A stretch of DNA of 64,000 nucleotides from Gemmatimonadota bacterium (GCA_020348925.1 CP070758.1:576469-640468), one strand, 5' to 3'. Shown: positions 1 through 10,331, numbered from the stretch's first letter. A program made the numbers and translations. Notes: generated by a model not told the origin, from the sequence alone.

Positions 1-181
1 CGACAGATACGACCGCAGTGACTTCAGCACCTCCATGGCCTCAGGCGTCAGCTCTGCCTTGCAGGCCCCGGGCGCACAACTGCCGGTGCCCAGGATGACG
101 TTGACGATGCCCAGGGCATCGAGCACGTCGATACCACCATCACCGTTGCAGTCGCCGCGGCACTCGGCATCACCTGTCAGA
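1..181. repeat. Copy 1 of direct repeat (dockerin second half plus linker), matches 3497-3677
   Basis: 180/181 identical by eye; the single T/A difference (55 vs 3551) is synonymous (Ala). Confidence 0.95.
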
Positions 182-2571
182 GGAGTGATACCCAGGATGT
201 GGTTGACCACAGCCAGCACGTCGAGCACGTCGGTGCCACCGTCGCCGTTGGCGTCCCCTCTCGTCCCCTCGCACGTGCCGCCGCACAAGCCCGGCCAACT
301 GATGGTAGCCCGAATGATGGCGTCGCAGTCCTGGTTTCCTTCCGCCGTAATATGTTTCCATTCATCTTTCTCGAACTCGAAGGAATTCGAGGGTGGATCC
401 GGATCGACGGCATAGGACAGCCGGATGGGATAATCCGTATCCTGGGTGATAACCTCGGCCCAGGTCCAGAAGACACCGCTCATGCACCTCAATTCCTCGT
501 ACCCCGAAAGATCAAGACCGTACCAGTCTTCTCCGTTCCAGGCATTCTCGATTTCGGGGAGCGCATCCTCAGGCACGTGCATCTCGATGGGATCAATGAG
601 GTCCGGACCCGGCGTCGTATCCGTACCCGCAGCCATGACGTGAAGCCTGACCGTGCCTATCCCGCTGGGGAACTGGAACGCCGCTTCCACAAGATTGAAG
701 GTGGGAATGTCGTCCGGCGGAACGAAGCGCATGGCCGGTCCCTCACCGATACCCCAGTTCCCGATCCAGCGGGTCCTGTAATGGTGATCCATCAAGATTC
801 CCTGATTAGGGGGAGAGACGTACACCCAGGCCGACTGCAAACTGTCGTTGGGCGGCCAATCGTCCGGCAAAAACTGATAGGCCAGAACGCGATAGACGCC
901 CTCCTCGGCCGGCGTCCAGTCGAAACTGAAGACCTGCTGCTGACCGGCAAGCAGAATGCCCTGAAAGGCCGTCGTCGGAGCAATGATCACCGTGTGGATC
1001 GAATCGCCGCCCATGACAGTCCAGGTCGTATCCTCCACTTGATAGAAGAAGAAGGCGTTGATGTCCTCCAGGCCAAAATTCCACAGCAAAAGATCAATCT
1101 GGGTCGTGTAATCCGCCGTATTCGGGAAGGGAATATCGATCCGCTGCACACCGGCGTCCTGGGCCGGCGCGCCTCGGGCTTCCAAAAGAAAATCATCGAT
1201 GAACAGACCCGATCCGTTCCCACCGTCGTCATTTCCATCCGTCTGAGGAAAAATTCGTATCTTGATCGAATCTGACCCGGCGTATCTCGCCAGATCCAGG
1301 GTCCCATTGTAAATGGTATCCTCGTTCATCTGTGCCCAGAAGGGATTCCTCGGGTTCCCCTCCTCGGTGGTATCCGCGGCGAACTCATCGAACCGCATGT
1401 AGTCGGTGGTCATGTCCGTCCACAGGATCCCATCGGTCGTTATCTCGACGCCGTAGTTGTCGTCCAAAGTGTTGTCATCGTCACCGTCCGCATCCGGCAT
1501 ATCGCAATAGACCCAGAAGGTGATCCAGCCGAACATGCCGTTCAGTTTCAACCAGGGCGTCTCCAGATAATTTGATGAAATATCCGGAACATCGTCGGCG
1601 TCAATGTGAAAGCTGTGGGTGGGACTGTGAGCATTGGTCTCGGTGAGCGAATAATAGTCACCTCTGATCACATTGGAAGGGATCAAATTCTGCTGGTCGT
1701 CACCGTTGTCGAAGAATATATTCCCCAACCCCGGGTCATCAATGGAGAAATTGTCGATGAGAACCCCGTAAAAATCGGGTTGGTCCGCGGCGCCAGGACA
1801 CTCGGTCCCGCCTGGCAGGAAGAACGTCGAAAAGCACCAGTCGCTCACGAAGGCCACTCTGAGAACGATTTCCTGACCGACATAATCGCTCAGGTCGAAC
1901 TCCACATCGACCCAGCCGTGACTCGAATCGTTGAACACAGAGATACCACCGGGGTAGTAAATACCGTGAAACTCGTAGGCCCGGGACGTGTCCCACAGAG
2001 CGTTGTAGCCGCCGACAGGAATGAGAAAGTCATCGAAGCTCGCCCCGCCGTTGGTCGATACCCAGACATTCCACCCATCCCAGTCAATGGGGGGATCGGC
2101 AGATTCCGGATCCGACACCTCGATCGTCCAATTGGCCACCATGGTCAGGGTCGGGCTGGACGCTTCTCTGAGATCGACAACCGGCGTCTCCAAAACCTGA
2201 AACCACCAGTCACCATAACCGTACAACAGATTTTCGCCGTCATACCCGTAACCCGTCTCACCGCACCACCAGGCGTTCCCGTCGTAAAAACCTCCGATGA
2301 TTGGCGGGACATCACTGGTCGTGTGCCATTTCGTCCCGATATCCGTGCCGTCAACGGATTGAAACCCCTGGGCGCCACTCTCAAAATCAAAGGAGTACAG
2401 CGTCTCTATCTGGGCAGGTTCAAGAGCCTCAGAGAGCGACCGCATCTGCTGCGGCGCACTCTGGGAAACTGCTGGCGGCTCCTTTCGCTTCATCTCACCG
2501 GCAAACCCCTGTTGAACGATAACCAACGCAAGCAGGATCGAAAGTATTCCGACAAAAGATTTCATTTTCAT
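1..2571 (-). CDS. Large secreted multidomain protein (two InhA/MAM-like jelly-roll domains, CARDB-like domain, type I dockerin); runs off the left edge
   Basis: Absent from the ORF track because there is no stop in the window. Hand translation from ATG 2571 (GGAGG upstream) gives signal peptide MKMKSFVGILSILLALVIVQQGFA, then 'DGWNVWVSTNGG...GWVDVEFDLSDYVGQEIVLRVAFVSD', then dockerin 'GDANGDGGTDVLDVLAVVNHIL...GDCNGDGGIDVLDALGIVNVIL'. Frame is open to base 1. Confidence 0.85.
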   Translation of the reverse strand, partial: MKMKSFVGILSILLALVIVQQGFAGEMKRKEPPAVSQSAPQQMRSLSEALEPAQIETLYSFDFESGAQGFQSVDGTDIGTKWHTTSDVPPIIGGFYDGNAWWCGETGYGYDGENLLYGYGDWWFQVLETPVVDLREASSPTLTMVANWTIEVSDPESADPPIDWDGWNVWVSTNGGASFDDFLIPVGGYNALWDTSRAYEFHGIYYPGGISVFNDSSHGWVDVEFDLSDYVGQEIVLRVAFVSDWCFSTFFLPGGTECPGAADQPDFYGVLIDNFSIDDPGLGNIFFDNGDDQQNLIPSNVIRGDYYSLTETNAHSPTHSFHIDADDVPDISSNYLETPWLKLNGMFGWITFWVYCDMPDADGDDDNTLDDNYGVEITTDGILWTDMTTDYMRFDEFAADTTEEGNPRNPFWAQMNEDTIYNGTLDLARYAGSDSIKIRIFPQTDGNDDGGNGSGLFIDDFLLEARGAPAQDAGVQRIDIPFPNTADYTTQIDLLLWNFGLEDINAFFFYQVEDTTWTVMGGDSIHTVIIAPTTAFQGILLAGQQQVFSFDWTPAEEGVYRVLAYQFLPDDWPPNDSLQSAWVYVSPPNQGILMDHHYRTRWIGNWGIGEGPAMRFVPPDDIPTFNLVEAAFQFPSGIGTVRLHVMAAGTDTTPGPDLIDPIEMHVPEDALPEIENAWNGEDWYGLDLSGYEELRCMSGVFWTWAEVITQDTDYPIRLSYAVDPDPPSNSFEFEKDEWKHITAEGNQDCDAIIRATISWPGLCGGTCEGTRGDANGDGGTDVLDVLAVVNHILGITPLTGDAECRGDCNGDGGIDVLDALGIVNVILGTGSCAPGACKAELTPEAMEVLKSLRSYLS

Positions 2572-3112
2572 ATTTCCAACCCTCCATTCTAAAGTTGACG
2601 CAGTGAATTTGGATTGGTAAGAAACTGTGTCCTCAGCCCTCGAAGAAATGAAACCGATCTCCGAGGCTCGAGGTTCTTGGCAATAAGTTACTATACAGGT
2701 TTCCTCACAATATGAACGCAGACATCACCTCCTTCCGTTCCTTCACACTCCTTTCGATGTGTTGAAACGAACATATTCCAAGCCCTTAACGGACTATAGT
2801 CAGACGATTTCCTTCACCTCCTTTCGTGTGCCGTTCCATGAAAATAATATTTTGTTCACCCCCTTGAAGAATACACCGGGAATCAAAGAAGAAGTGCAAC
2901 CAAAAGCCGCCTTTGGAGCCGTATTGATGTTCATATTCAGGTCCGTTCAACCGCACATGGTATTCGCAAATTTTGTACCACAAGGAGAAGTCAGACATGA
3001 AAACTCATATTCTATTGAATAACAATGATTTACATTATTAAAGTGGATTCAGGGCAGAGGGAAAAAGATTGCATCGACGGCAACGGCTTGCACGAAGCGT
3101 GCCGGAATACTC

Positions 3113-3152
3113 AAAAAAAACCGCTGGGCTTCACCCGAAACCCAGCGGTTTG
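3113..3152 (-). terminator. Intrinsic terminator
   Basis: AACCGCTGGG/CCCAGCGGTT stem followed by a T8 run on the minus strand, just after the stop at 3179. Confidence 0.8.
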
Positions 3153-3178
3153 AAAATAACGTGATGTCGAAGAGGACC

Positions 3179-3677
3179 TTACTTCATCAGCACCATCCGC
3201 CGCGTGGCACTGTACTCACCGGCATCCAGCCGATAGAAGTAGACGCCACTGGCCACATCACTCGCATCCCACGTCACGCTGTAATGGCCCGGCTCAACAA
3301 CTTTATCCACCAACGTCGCGAGCTCCTGACCCAGCACATTGTACACCTTCAGCGTCGTGCGCACATCCCCGGCCACCGAATACCCGATGCTCGTGACAGG
3401 GTTGAACGGGTTCGGATAGTTCTGAGCCAGACTGTACTCGAGCGGCATGCCAACCTCGCCCTTGACCAGGGCCATGAACCGGCCGTAGTCCTCGGCCGAC
3501 AGATACGACCGCAGTGACTTCAGCACCTCCATGGCCTCAGGCGTCAGCTCAGCCTTGCAGGCCCCGGGCGCACAACTGCCGGTGCCCAGGATGACGTTGA
3601 CGATGCCCAGGGCATCGAGCACGTCGATACCACCATCACCGTTGCAGTCGCCGCGGCACTCGGCATCACCTGTCAGA
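3179..3677 (-). CDS. 3' fragment of secreted protein: dockerin, helical linker, T9SS/FlgD-type C-terminal domain (5' part lost in gap)
   Basis: GDCNGDGGIDVLDALGIVNVILG...YSLAQNYPNPFNPVT...LKVYNVLGQEL...ASGVYFYRL...RRMVLMK. Confidence 0.9.
3497..3677. repeat. Copy 2 of dockerin-linker direct repeat
   Basis: Matches 1-181; the contig ends inside it. Confidence 0.95.
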
Positions 3678-3777
3678 NNNNNNNNNNNNNNNNNNNNNNN
3701 NNNNNNNNNNNNNNNNNNNNNNNNNNNNNNNNNNNNNNNNNNNNNNNNNNNNNNNNNNNNNNNNNNNNNNNNNNNNN

Positions 3778-3930
3778 GCGGATGCCACCGGCTATCAATT
3801 CTCTCTGGAGGAGGATGGCTATTGGATGAAGACCGACGACTTTGCCGAAAAACCACTTTTACCGACAGAGCTGGTGGCGAGAATCGAAAAACTCTTGGAA
3901 AAAACGAAGGAAGAGGGGGCATCGGAATAG
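3778..3930 (+). CDS. 3' fragment of a response regulator receiver protein
   Basis: Hand translation ADATGYQFSLEEDGYWMKTDDFAEKPLLPTELVARIEKLLEKTKEEGASE* carries the receiver 'D-F-x-x-K-P' end motif. Confidence 0.65.
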   Translation, partial: ADATGYQFSLEEDGYWMKTDDFAEKPLLPTELVARIEKLLEKTKEEGASE

Positions 3931-3998
3931 GCCGGCATCAGCACGATCCAATAGTCCACATGGTGCTCACGACCTTTTAAATATTACGTATCAATACC

Positions 3999-5531
3999 AT
4001 GAGTAACTCCATACCGACCCAATCAACGAAGGAAAAAGAACGCATCCTCGTCGTCGATGACGAACGCGGTATTCGCCAAGGCTGTCGTCGGATTCTCCAG
4101 AGCGAAGGGTTCGAGGTCGAGACGGCTGAGAACGGAAACGAGGGCCTGGCCAAAGCGAAAGAATCGCCCTACGACCTCATCCTCATCGATCTCATGATGC
4201 CGGGAATGGGAGGCCTGGAATTGCTGCATCACATCCGCGAGCTCGATCCGGAAATCATTGCCCTCGTCATTACAGGATACGCCACTGTGGAGACGGCAGT
4301 CGAAGCCATGAAACAGGGGGCGTACGATTATATACCGAAACCCTTCACCCCGGATCAGCTCATGGCTGTGCTGAACAGAGGGCTTGAAACGAGAAGACTC
4401 CGTTTCGAACGTCAGCAGCTCCTCGAAGAGCGAGACAGAAAACTCCTCGAAGTGGCCAATGAAAAATCTCAGACCCGGACAATTGTCGGGTGCATGGCCG
4501 ATGGTGTGCTCGTTGTCAATAGGGAGGGCCAACTCGTCCTGTGGAACCCTGCCGCCCTGGCACAGCTCAATCTCAAGAACACAACCGAAACAGGCAAACC
4601 TCTCTCCCACTATATCCAAAACGATGATCTCCAAAAACTGATCGATTACGCCCTCTCCCCCGAGGGGTCCGGCTATACAATGATATCCCAGGAGATAGCC
4701 ATCGGCCATGACGGAAAGAAAGTGCTCATGGCCGATGCGGCGGCAGTGAAAGAGGATATGGGAGAGACGTTGGGGGCAGTGGCCGTCCTGCGCGACATAT
4801 CCGAACTCATTGAAATCGATCGGGTGAAGTCACAGTTCGTTTCCATGGTGGCCCATGAACTTCGCACCCCTCTGGCCGCCATTGAGGGATACATTGATAC
4901 CTGCCTCGCCTGTGCCGCCGGAGACGACCCCGAGACGCATCGAAAGATGCAGCAGCGGGCCAAGGAGAGGGCTCACTCCCTTCTTGACCTGGTCAACGAC
5001 CTTCTCACGGTCTCAAAAATTGAAGCCGGAAAAATCGCCAAGAAAAAGGAACCGTTAGCAGCCCGAGAGCTCATAACGAGATCGGTGGAGTTGCTCAAAG
5101 AGGAAGCAGCCCGAAAGAAGATCTCAGTGGACGTAAAAATACCCGAGCGCTTCCCTGATATGGTGGGAGACAGGAATGACCTCGAGCGGGTTCTCATCAA
5201 TCTTTTAGCAAACGCCCTGAAATACAATTCGGAGGGCGGGCGTGTCACTGTTACAGTCTCGGCAGACGATGACTTTGTGGCCACAAGTGTTGAGGATAAT
5301 GGATTTGGCATTCCCCCGGAGGATGTTCCGAGGATCTTTGACGAGTTCTTTCGGGTAGAGGATGAGAAAAGACGATATATAACCGGAACCGGATTGGGAC
5401 TGTCGATCGTAAAAAAGACGGTAGAATCACATTTCGGCCGGATCGAAGTGAAAAGCGAGCTGGGCAAAGGCAGTACGTTTACGATCTTTATTCCAAAATG
5501 GAGACCGGACGACAGTACTAAAAGAGGCTGA
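3999..5531 (+). CDS. Hybrid sensor kinase (REC-PAS-HisKA-HATPase)
   Basis: ILVVDDE...DLMMPG...YIPKPF; HELRTPL H-box; NLLANALKY, DNGFGI, GTGLGL. Confidence 0.95.
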   Translation: MSNSIPTQSTKEKERILVVDDERGIRQGCRRILQSEGFEVETAENGNEGLAKAKESPYDLILIDLMMPGMGGLELLHHIRELDPEIIALVITGYATVETAVEAMKQGAYDYIPKPFTPDQLMAVLNRGLETRRLRFERQQLLEERDRKLLEVANEKSQTRTIVGCMADGVLVVNREGQLVLWNPAALAQLNLKNTTETGKPLSHYIQNDDLQKLIDYALSPEGSGYTMISQEIAIGHDGKKVLMADAAAVKEDMGETLGAVAVLRDISELIEIDRVKSQFVSMVAHELRTPLAAIEGYIDTCLACAAGDDPETHRKMQQRAKERAHSLLDLVNDLLTVSKIEAGKIAKKKEPLAARELITRSVELLKEEAARKKISVDVKIPERFPDMVGDRNDLERVLINLLANALKYNSEGGRVTVTVSADDDFVATSVEDNGFGIPPEDVPRIFDEFFRVEDEKRRYITGTGLGLSIVKKTVESHFGRIEVKSELGKGSTFTIFIPKWRPDDSTKRG

Positions 5532-5627
5532 GGAGAAGGCTGAGATTCCGACAGGACGATGACGACAAAAAACATCTGATCATAGATCTTTGTCCGTAAG
5601 ACATGTTATAACAGGAGAAATTTTTCC

Positions 5628-7985
5628 ATGAGTAGGAGTGACGCTCGTACAAAGAATAAAGACGCTGGCAACAAAGATACGGAACACAAGCATGATGAGA
5701 CGGTCGGTTGCGGCCTCGAGCGGGTGCGGCCCATTGGCAGTGAGAGCCGAATCGTGGCGGACAGGGTCATCGCCAAGGATATAAAGCTCTTTGAGATCGA
5801 CGCTCCGTTGACGGCGAAAAAGGTGAGACCCGGTCAGTTCGTGGTGCTCAGGGCCGACGATTACAGCGAACGGATCCCCCTCACCGTCGCCGACAAGGAT
5901 GAGGGAAAGGGCACCATTACGGTCATCTTTCAGGAGATCGGAGCATCCACACTGAAATTGGGAGAGCTCAAGGAGGGTGACTGGATCCTGGATCTGGTCG
6001 GTCCTTTGGGAGAACCGACTGAGATCGACAACGTTGGGACGGTGGTCTGTGTCGGCGGCGGCGTTGGCGTGGCACCGCTCCATCCCATCACGAAGGGGAT
6101 GAAGGAAGCCGGCAATACCATCATCTCCATCATCGGTGCCCGAAGCAAGGATCATCTCATTCTCGAAGAGGAGATGAGGGACCTCTCGGATGAAATGTAC
6201 ATCACGACTGACGACGGATCTTACGGTCATCACGGTTTCGTCACCGATGAGCTGAAGCGATTGATCGACGAGGGGAGGCATATCGACGAGGTGGTCGCCA
6301 TCGGTCCGGTCGTCATGATGCGGGCCGTGGCAGAGGTGACCCGGCCTCACACCATCAAGACCATCGTCAGTCTGAATTCCATCATGGTCGACGGAACAGG
6401 CATGTGTGGGGCCTGCCGGGTGACGGTCGGCGGGGAGACCAAGTTCGTCTGTGTCGACGGTCCGGAGTTCGACGGGCACCAGGTGGACTTTGACGAGCTG
6501 ATCGTGCGGCAGGAGATGTACTCCAGGGAGGAGCACCGGGCCCTCTGGCATTACGAGTGCGAAACGTGCGCCGAACCTGCAGAGAAAAAGAAGGTAAAAG
6601 CAGACCGGATATCCATGCCGCAGCAGGATCCCCGGGCGCGTGTTCACAATTTCGATGAGGTGGCTCTGGGATACACGCGGGAGATGGCCATGGAGGAGGC
6701 TTCCCGCTGTTTGAACTGCAAGAAATCCCCCTGCATTGCCGGCTGTCCGGTGAGCATCGACATCCCGGCCTTCATCGAGAGAATACAGAAGGGCGACTTC
6801 ATGGGGGCCATCCATAAGATTAAAGAGATGAACAGCCTCCCCGCAGTGTGTGGCCGCGTCTGTCCCCAGGAGGAACAGTGCGAGCTCGCCTGTGTTCTGA
6901 ACAAGAAAGGCAGGCCGATCGCCATCGGCCGTCTGGAACGGTTTGTGGCGGACTATGAGTTCGAGCAGGGGGATATACGCGTGCCGAAAGTCCCACCCTC
7001 GACAGGCAAACAGGTGGCTGTTGTCGGGGCCGGTCCCGCCGGATTGACCGTCGCCGGGGACCTGGCCAAGCTCGGCCACAAGGTGACCGTCTTCGAAGCG
7101 CTGCACAAGCCGGGGGGTGTTCTTGTTTACGGCATCCCGGAGTTTCGCCTGCCCAAGCGCATTGTCCAGCGCGAAGCCGATTACATCCGGAGATTGGGCG
7201 TCGACATGAAACCCAGCTTTGTCGTGGGCAAGCTGCAGTCCGTTGACGAATTGCTCTCCAACGGCTACGATGCGGTCTTTATCGGCACAGGGGCTGGGCT
7301 GCCTTATTTTATGAACATCCCCGGTGAGAACCTCAACGGTGTTTATTCGGCCAACGAATTCCTCACTCGGAACAACCTCATGAAATCATACCTCTTCCCC
7401 GAGTACGATACTCCCATACGTATCGGGCGCAACGTGGCCGTTGTCGGGGGGGGGAACGTGGCCATGGACGCGGCCAGGGTGGCTATCAGGCTGGGTGCGG
7501 ACAAGGTCTATTGTGTCTATCGAAGAGCGCGGGAGCAGATGCCGGCCCGGAACGAGGAGATTGAGAACGCCCTTGATGAGGGCATCATCTTTAATCTTCT
7601 GACAAATCCTTTAGAAATTATTGGTGATGAAAAGGGCTGGGTCAAGGGCATGGAATGCATCAAGATGGAATTGGGAGAGCCGGACGCATCGGGGAGACGG
7701 AGGCCGGTGCCAATCAAGGGCTCCGAACATATTCTGGATGTCAATATTATCATCATGGCCATCGGTCAGGGCCCGAACCCCTTGGTCACGACCACGACGC
7801 CGGGTATGGAGCTCAATAAGTGGGGTAACATCGTCGCCGATGCTGAAACGGGCAAGACAACCAAGGAAGGTGTCTTTGCCGGTGGGGACATTGTTACCGG
7901 TGCTGCCACCGTCATCCTGGCCATGGGAGCGGGCAAGAAGGCGGCCGAAGCTATCGACCAGTACCTGAAGGATGGGAAGTGGTAA
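5628..7985 (+). CDS. nfnAB: Fused NfnAB-type electron-bifurcating NADH-dependent ferredoxin:NADP+ oxidoreductase (PyrK/SudB-like plus GltD/SudA-like)
   Basis: N-half: PGQFV, ERIPLT, GPLG, DGTGMCGACRV, CVDGPEF. C-half: RCLNCKKSPCIAGCP, CGRVCPQEEQCE, GAGPAG, GGGNVAMD. Confidence 0.9.
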   Translation: MSRSDARTKNKDAGNKDTEHKHDETVGCGLERVRPIGSESRIVADRVIAKDIKLFEIDAPLTAKKVRPGQFVVLRADDYSERIPLTVADKDEGKGTITVIFQEIGASTLKLGELKEGDWILDLVGPLGEPTEIDNVGTVVCVGGGVGVAPLHPITKGMKEAGNTIISIIGARSKDHLILEEEMRDLSDEMYITTDDGSYGHHGFVTDELKRLIDEGRHIDEVVAIGPVVMMRAVAEVTRPHTIKTIVSLNSIMVDGTGMCGACRVTVGGETKFVCVDGPEFDGHQVDFDELIVRQEMYSREEHRALWHYECETCAEPAEKKKVKADRISMPQQDPRARVHNFDEVALGYTREMAMEEASRCLNCKKSPCIAGCPVSIDIPAFIERIQKGDFMGAIHKIKEMNSLPAVCGRVCPQEEQCELACVLNKKGRPIAIGRLERFVADYEFEQGDIRVPKVPPSTGKQVAVVGAGPAGLTVAGDLAKLGHKVTVFEALHKPGGVLVYGIPEFRLPKRIVQREADYIRRLGVDMKPSFVVGKLQSVDELLSNGYDAVFIGTGAGLPYFMNIPGENLNGVYSANEFLTRNNLMKSYLFPEYDTPIRIGRNVAVVGGGNVAMDAARVAIRLGADKVYCVYRRAREQMPARNEEIENALDEGIIFNLLTNPLEIIGDEKGWVKGMECIKMELGEPDASGRRRPVPIKGSEHILDVNIIIMAIGQGPNPLVTTTTPGMELNKWGNIVADAETGKTTKEGVFAGGDIVTGAATVILAMGAGKKAAEAIDQYLKDGKW

Positions 7986-8162
7986 GGATCGGTGCAAATA
8001 TGGACATATTAAGCGATAATGATCCAAGGAAAATACAATAAAAGATTCCCTTCATAAGGAAGAAAAAATCCCCTATTCGTAAAGGGAGATTGAAAATCGA
8101 AAGAATCCCCTCTGACTCCCCTTTGAGAAAGTGGAGAAAACAAAAAAAACAGGTGAGGCGAA

Positions 8163-8525
8163 ATGATACTCCAAGAAATAATGACCATCCTCAGCGCGGA
8201 GGTTCTGGCGTGCAAGAATTCCCTCGACATCGAAGTCAACGCCGTCAAAGCATCGGATCTCATGAGCGATGTCTTGACCATGAGCGACTCCGGTGTCCTG
8301 CTCCTGACCGGATTGACCAACGTCCAAGCTGTCCGGACGGCTGAGATCGCGGAACTCTCAGCCATTGTCTTTGTTCGGGGCAAGAGACCGGAACAGGATA
8401 CCATCGAACTCGCTGAGCAGAAAAATATACCGCTCTTGGCCACTCAATTGCCACTCTATGAATCGTGCGGCCTCCTCTTTCAGAAAGGACTCATGGGCAC
8501 GTCTCAGCCGGTGAAGGATTCGTGA
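8163..8525 (+). CDS. DRTGG-domain protein
   Basis: ASDLMSDVL...LLTGLTNVQAVRTAE...IVFVRGK. Confidence 0.85.
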   Translation: MILQEIMTILSAEVLACKNSLDIEVNAVKASDLMSDVLTMSDSGVLLLTGLTNVQAVRTAEIAELSAIVFVRGKRPEQDTIELAEQKNIPLLATQLPLYESCGLLFQKGLMGTSQPVKDS

Positions 8526-8528
8526 ACC

Positions 8529-8969
8529 ATGCCCGATAACAATGTTTTTGAGCAAAGCTTCCCGGTCAAGGGTGGTGACTTCGCCAATGCCGGCGAGGCA
8601 TCGTGTCAGGTCAAGGAGATCCTCAAAGAGATCGGCGTCGGTGCGGACATCATTCGACGTGTGGCCATCGCCGCTTACGAGGCCGAAATGAATGTGGTCA
8701 TGTACGCCAGGGAAGGCGAAGTAAGAGTGAGCATTTCTCCGGAGATGGTCAATCTCATTATTGAGGATGAAGGTCAAGGCATAGAAAACATCGATTTGGC
8801 CATGCAGGAGGGGTATTCCACCGCCACGGAGGAGATGCGGGAGATGGGCTTCGGAGCAGGGATGGGATTGCCCAACATGAAAAAAAACTCCGACGAATTC
8901 AAAGTCACATCAGAGGTTGGAAAAGGGACGAAAATAGACATTCGAATTAGAATGGAGAAGGAAACATGA
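8529..8969 (+). CDS. Anti-sigma-factor-like Ser/Thr kinase (HATPase_c)
   Basis: YEAEMNVV, DEGQGI, GFGAGMGLPNMK. Confidence 0.9.
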   Translation: MPDNNVFEQSFPVKGGDFANAGEASCQVKEILKEIGVGADIIRRVAIAAYEAEMNVVMYAREGEVRVSISPEMVNLIIEDEGQGIENIDLAMQEGYSTATEEMREMGFGAGMGLPNMKKNSDEFKVTSEVGKGTKIDIRIRMEKET

Positions 8970-9032
8970 GACCTGGGCGATAGAAGTCCACCTTTCGCAA
9001 AGTGAGACTTAAAATATAGGATCTCAAATAAC

Positions 9033-10325
9033 ATGCCTGAACAACTCCACTCAATAAAAATAGACGAGGGCAGATGCGTCGGTTGCATCACCTGCATGAA
9101 AGCTTGCCCGACGAAAGCCATCCGGGTGCGGAACAGAAAAGCCGTCATTATTGGGGAACGGTGCATCGATTGCGGCGAGTGTTTCCGGGTGTGCCCGCAC
9201 CGGGCTGTGACACCTCTAACGACATCCGCCTCAGATCTGGAAGCGTTTAAAATGACCATCGCCCTCCCCTCGCCGGTATTGTACAGCCAGTTCGGACGAA
9301 ATGCAATGCCGAACGAAATATTGTTGGCCTTGAAAACGATCGGGTTCAGTTACGTTTTTGACGAGGCCTGGCTGTGCGAAATGGTGACGACCGCTATAGA
9401 GGAATATCTTGAAACCCAGGACGGTCCGCGGCCCCTCATCTCATCGACCTGTCCGGCCGTGGTTCGGCTCATCGCCATGAGGTATCCGAATCTTTTGCCC
9501 CTCATCATTCCCATCGACGCCCCCAGAGAGGTAGCGGCCAAGAGATACAGGACGATGAAGGGCAACAAGCACGGCCTTTCACCGAAGGAAATCGGCGTCA
9601 TCCACATCACCCCCTGTCCGGCGAAGATGATCTCCATCAACCGTCCCCTCGGCACCGACAAATCCCATTTGGACGGGGCCATCTCCATCCGGGACATCTA
9701 CGGACCCATCCTCACAGTCCTAAAGGACTTGGATGAGGACATGATTATCCAGCAATCGAGCGGTGTGGGCATCGGCTGGGCCATGACCGGGGGCGAGATC
9801 AGAGGGCTGAATATGGATACCTGTCTGGCCGTGTCCGGTGTCCAGGACGTTATGACCATACTGGACGATGTCGAGGCGGGTAAGCTCAAGGGCATAGACT
9901 ATCTCGAATGTTTAATCTGTCCGGACGGCTGTATCGGAGGTCCCTTGACTGTCGAAAACAGACATCTGGCCAAGAACAGGGTTGAAACCCTGGTCAAAAT
10001 GTTCGGCGAGAAAACGAGGGTCAGCCGGGAGCTGGTCAAACGACAGTATAAGGCGGGGTTCTTCTCTTTGAAACAACAATTGGAAGCTTCGCCGTTACCG
10101 CCTCTGGATCCAGATCAAACCAAAGCCATTGAAAAGGCACGCGAGCGAAAGGAGATCGTTCAAAAACTCCCTGGAACGGACTGCGGCGCATGCGGAGCTC
10201 CGGACTGTCGCACGTTGGCCGAAGATGTTGTGTTGGGACACGCGCTCCTTTCAGACTGTCCCTTCATGGAGTCAAAAAACGATGTTCTCAAATCCAGTGG
10301 ATGTCATCCGAAAACACGGAAGTGA
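9033..10325 (+). CDS. Group D-type (putative sensory) [FeFe]-hydrogenase large-subunit homolog with 2x[4Fe-4S] and a C-terminal FeS domain
   Basis: CVGCITCMKACP and CIDCGECFRVCP; H-cluster motifs SSTCP, TPCPAK, ECLICPDGCIGG; C-terminal DCGACGAPDC. Confidence 0.85.
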   Translation: MPEQLHSIKIDEGRCVGCITCMKACPTKAIRVRNRKAVIIGERCIDCGECFRVCPHRAVTPLTTSASDLEAFKMTIALPSPVLYSQFGRNAMPNEILLALKTIGFSYVFDEAWLCEMVTTAIEEYLETQDGPRPLISSTCPAVVRLIAMRYPNLLPLIIPIDAPREVAAKRYRTMKGNKHGLSPKEIGVIHITPCPAKMISINRPLGTDKSHLDGAISIRDIYGPILTVLKDLDEDMIIQQSSGVGIGWAMTGGEIRGLNMDTCLAVSGVQDVMTILDDVEAGKLKGIDYLECLICPDGCIGGPLTVENRHLAKNRVETLVKMFGEKTRVSRELVKRQYKAGFFSLKQQLEASPLPPLDPDQTKAIEKARERKEIVQKLPGTDCGACGAPDCRTLAEDVVLGHALLSDCPFMESKNDVLKSSGCHPKTRK

Positions 10326-10331
10326 GGAAAC

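Noticed and set aside
199-2592. Long plus-strand ORFs of 358 and 328 aa
   Set aside because: Antisense shadows of the real minus-strand dockerin gene; the same applies to 5580-7106, 18297-19097 and 44947-45984
2600-3100. Small ORFs or a GGA-rich sRNA in the intergenic region
   Set aside because: Several AGGAGG-like motifs on the minus strand but no convincing ORF or repeated stem-loop structure
1-3677. Diversity-generating retroelement TR/VR pair for the 181-bp repeat or the pilin paralogs
   Set aside because: Only one synonymous mismatch, no evident adenine-specific pattern, and no reverse transcriptase in the window
3179-3980. Track ORFs spanning N-gaps (also 11906/11926-12501, 15190-16023, 15646-16527, 19748-20107)
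   Set aside because: Chimeras across 100-N placeholders; only the fragments on each side are supported
5628-7985. Glutamate synthase or dihydroorotate dehydrogenase
   Set aside because: No gltB or pyrD nearby; the two-module fusion matches NfnAB
8040-8140. Short CCCCT/AAGGG palindromes (also about 25080-25115 and 23515-23600)
   Set aside because: Degenerate intergenic palindromes, too weak to assign a family or function
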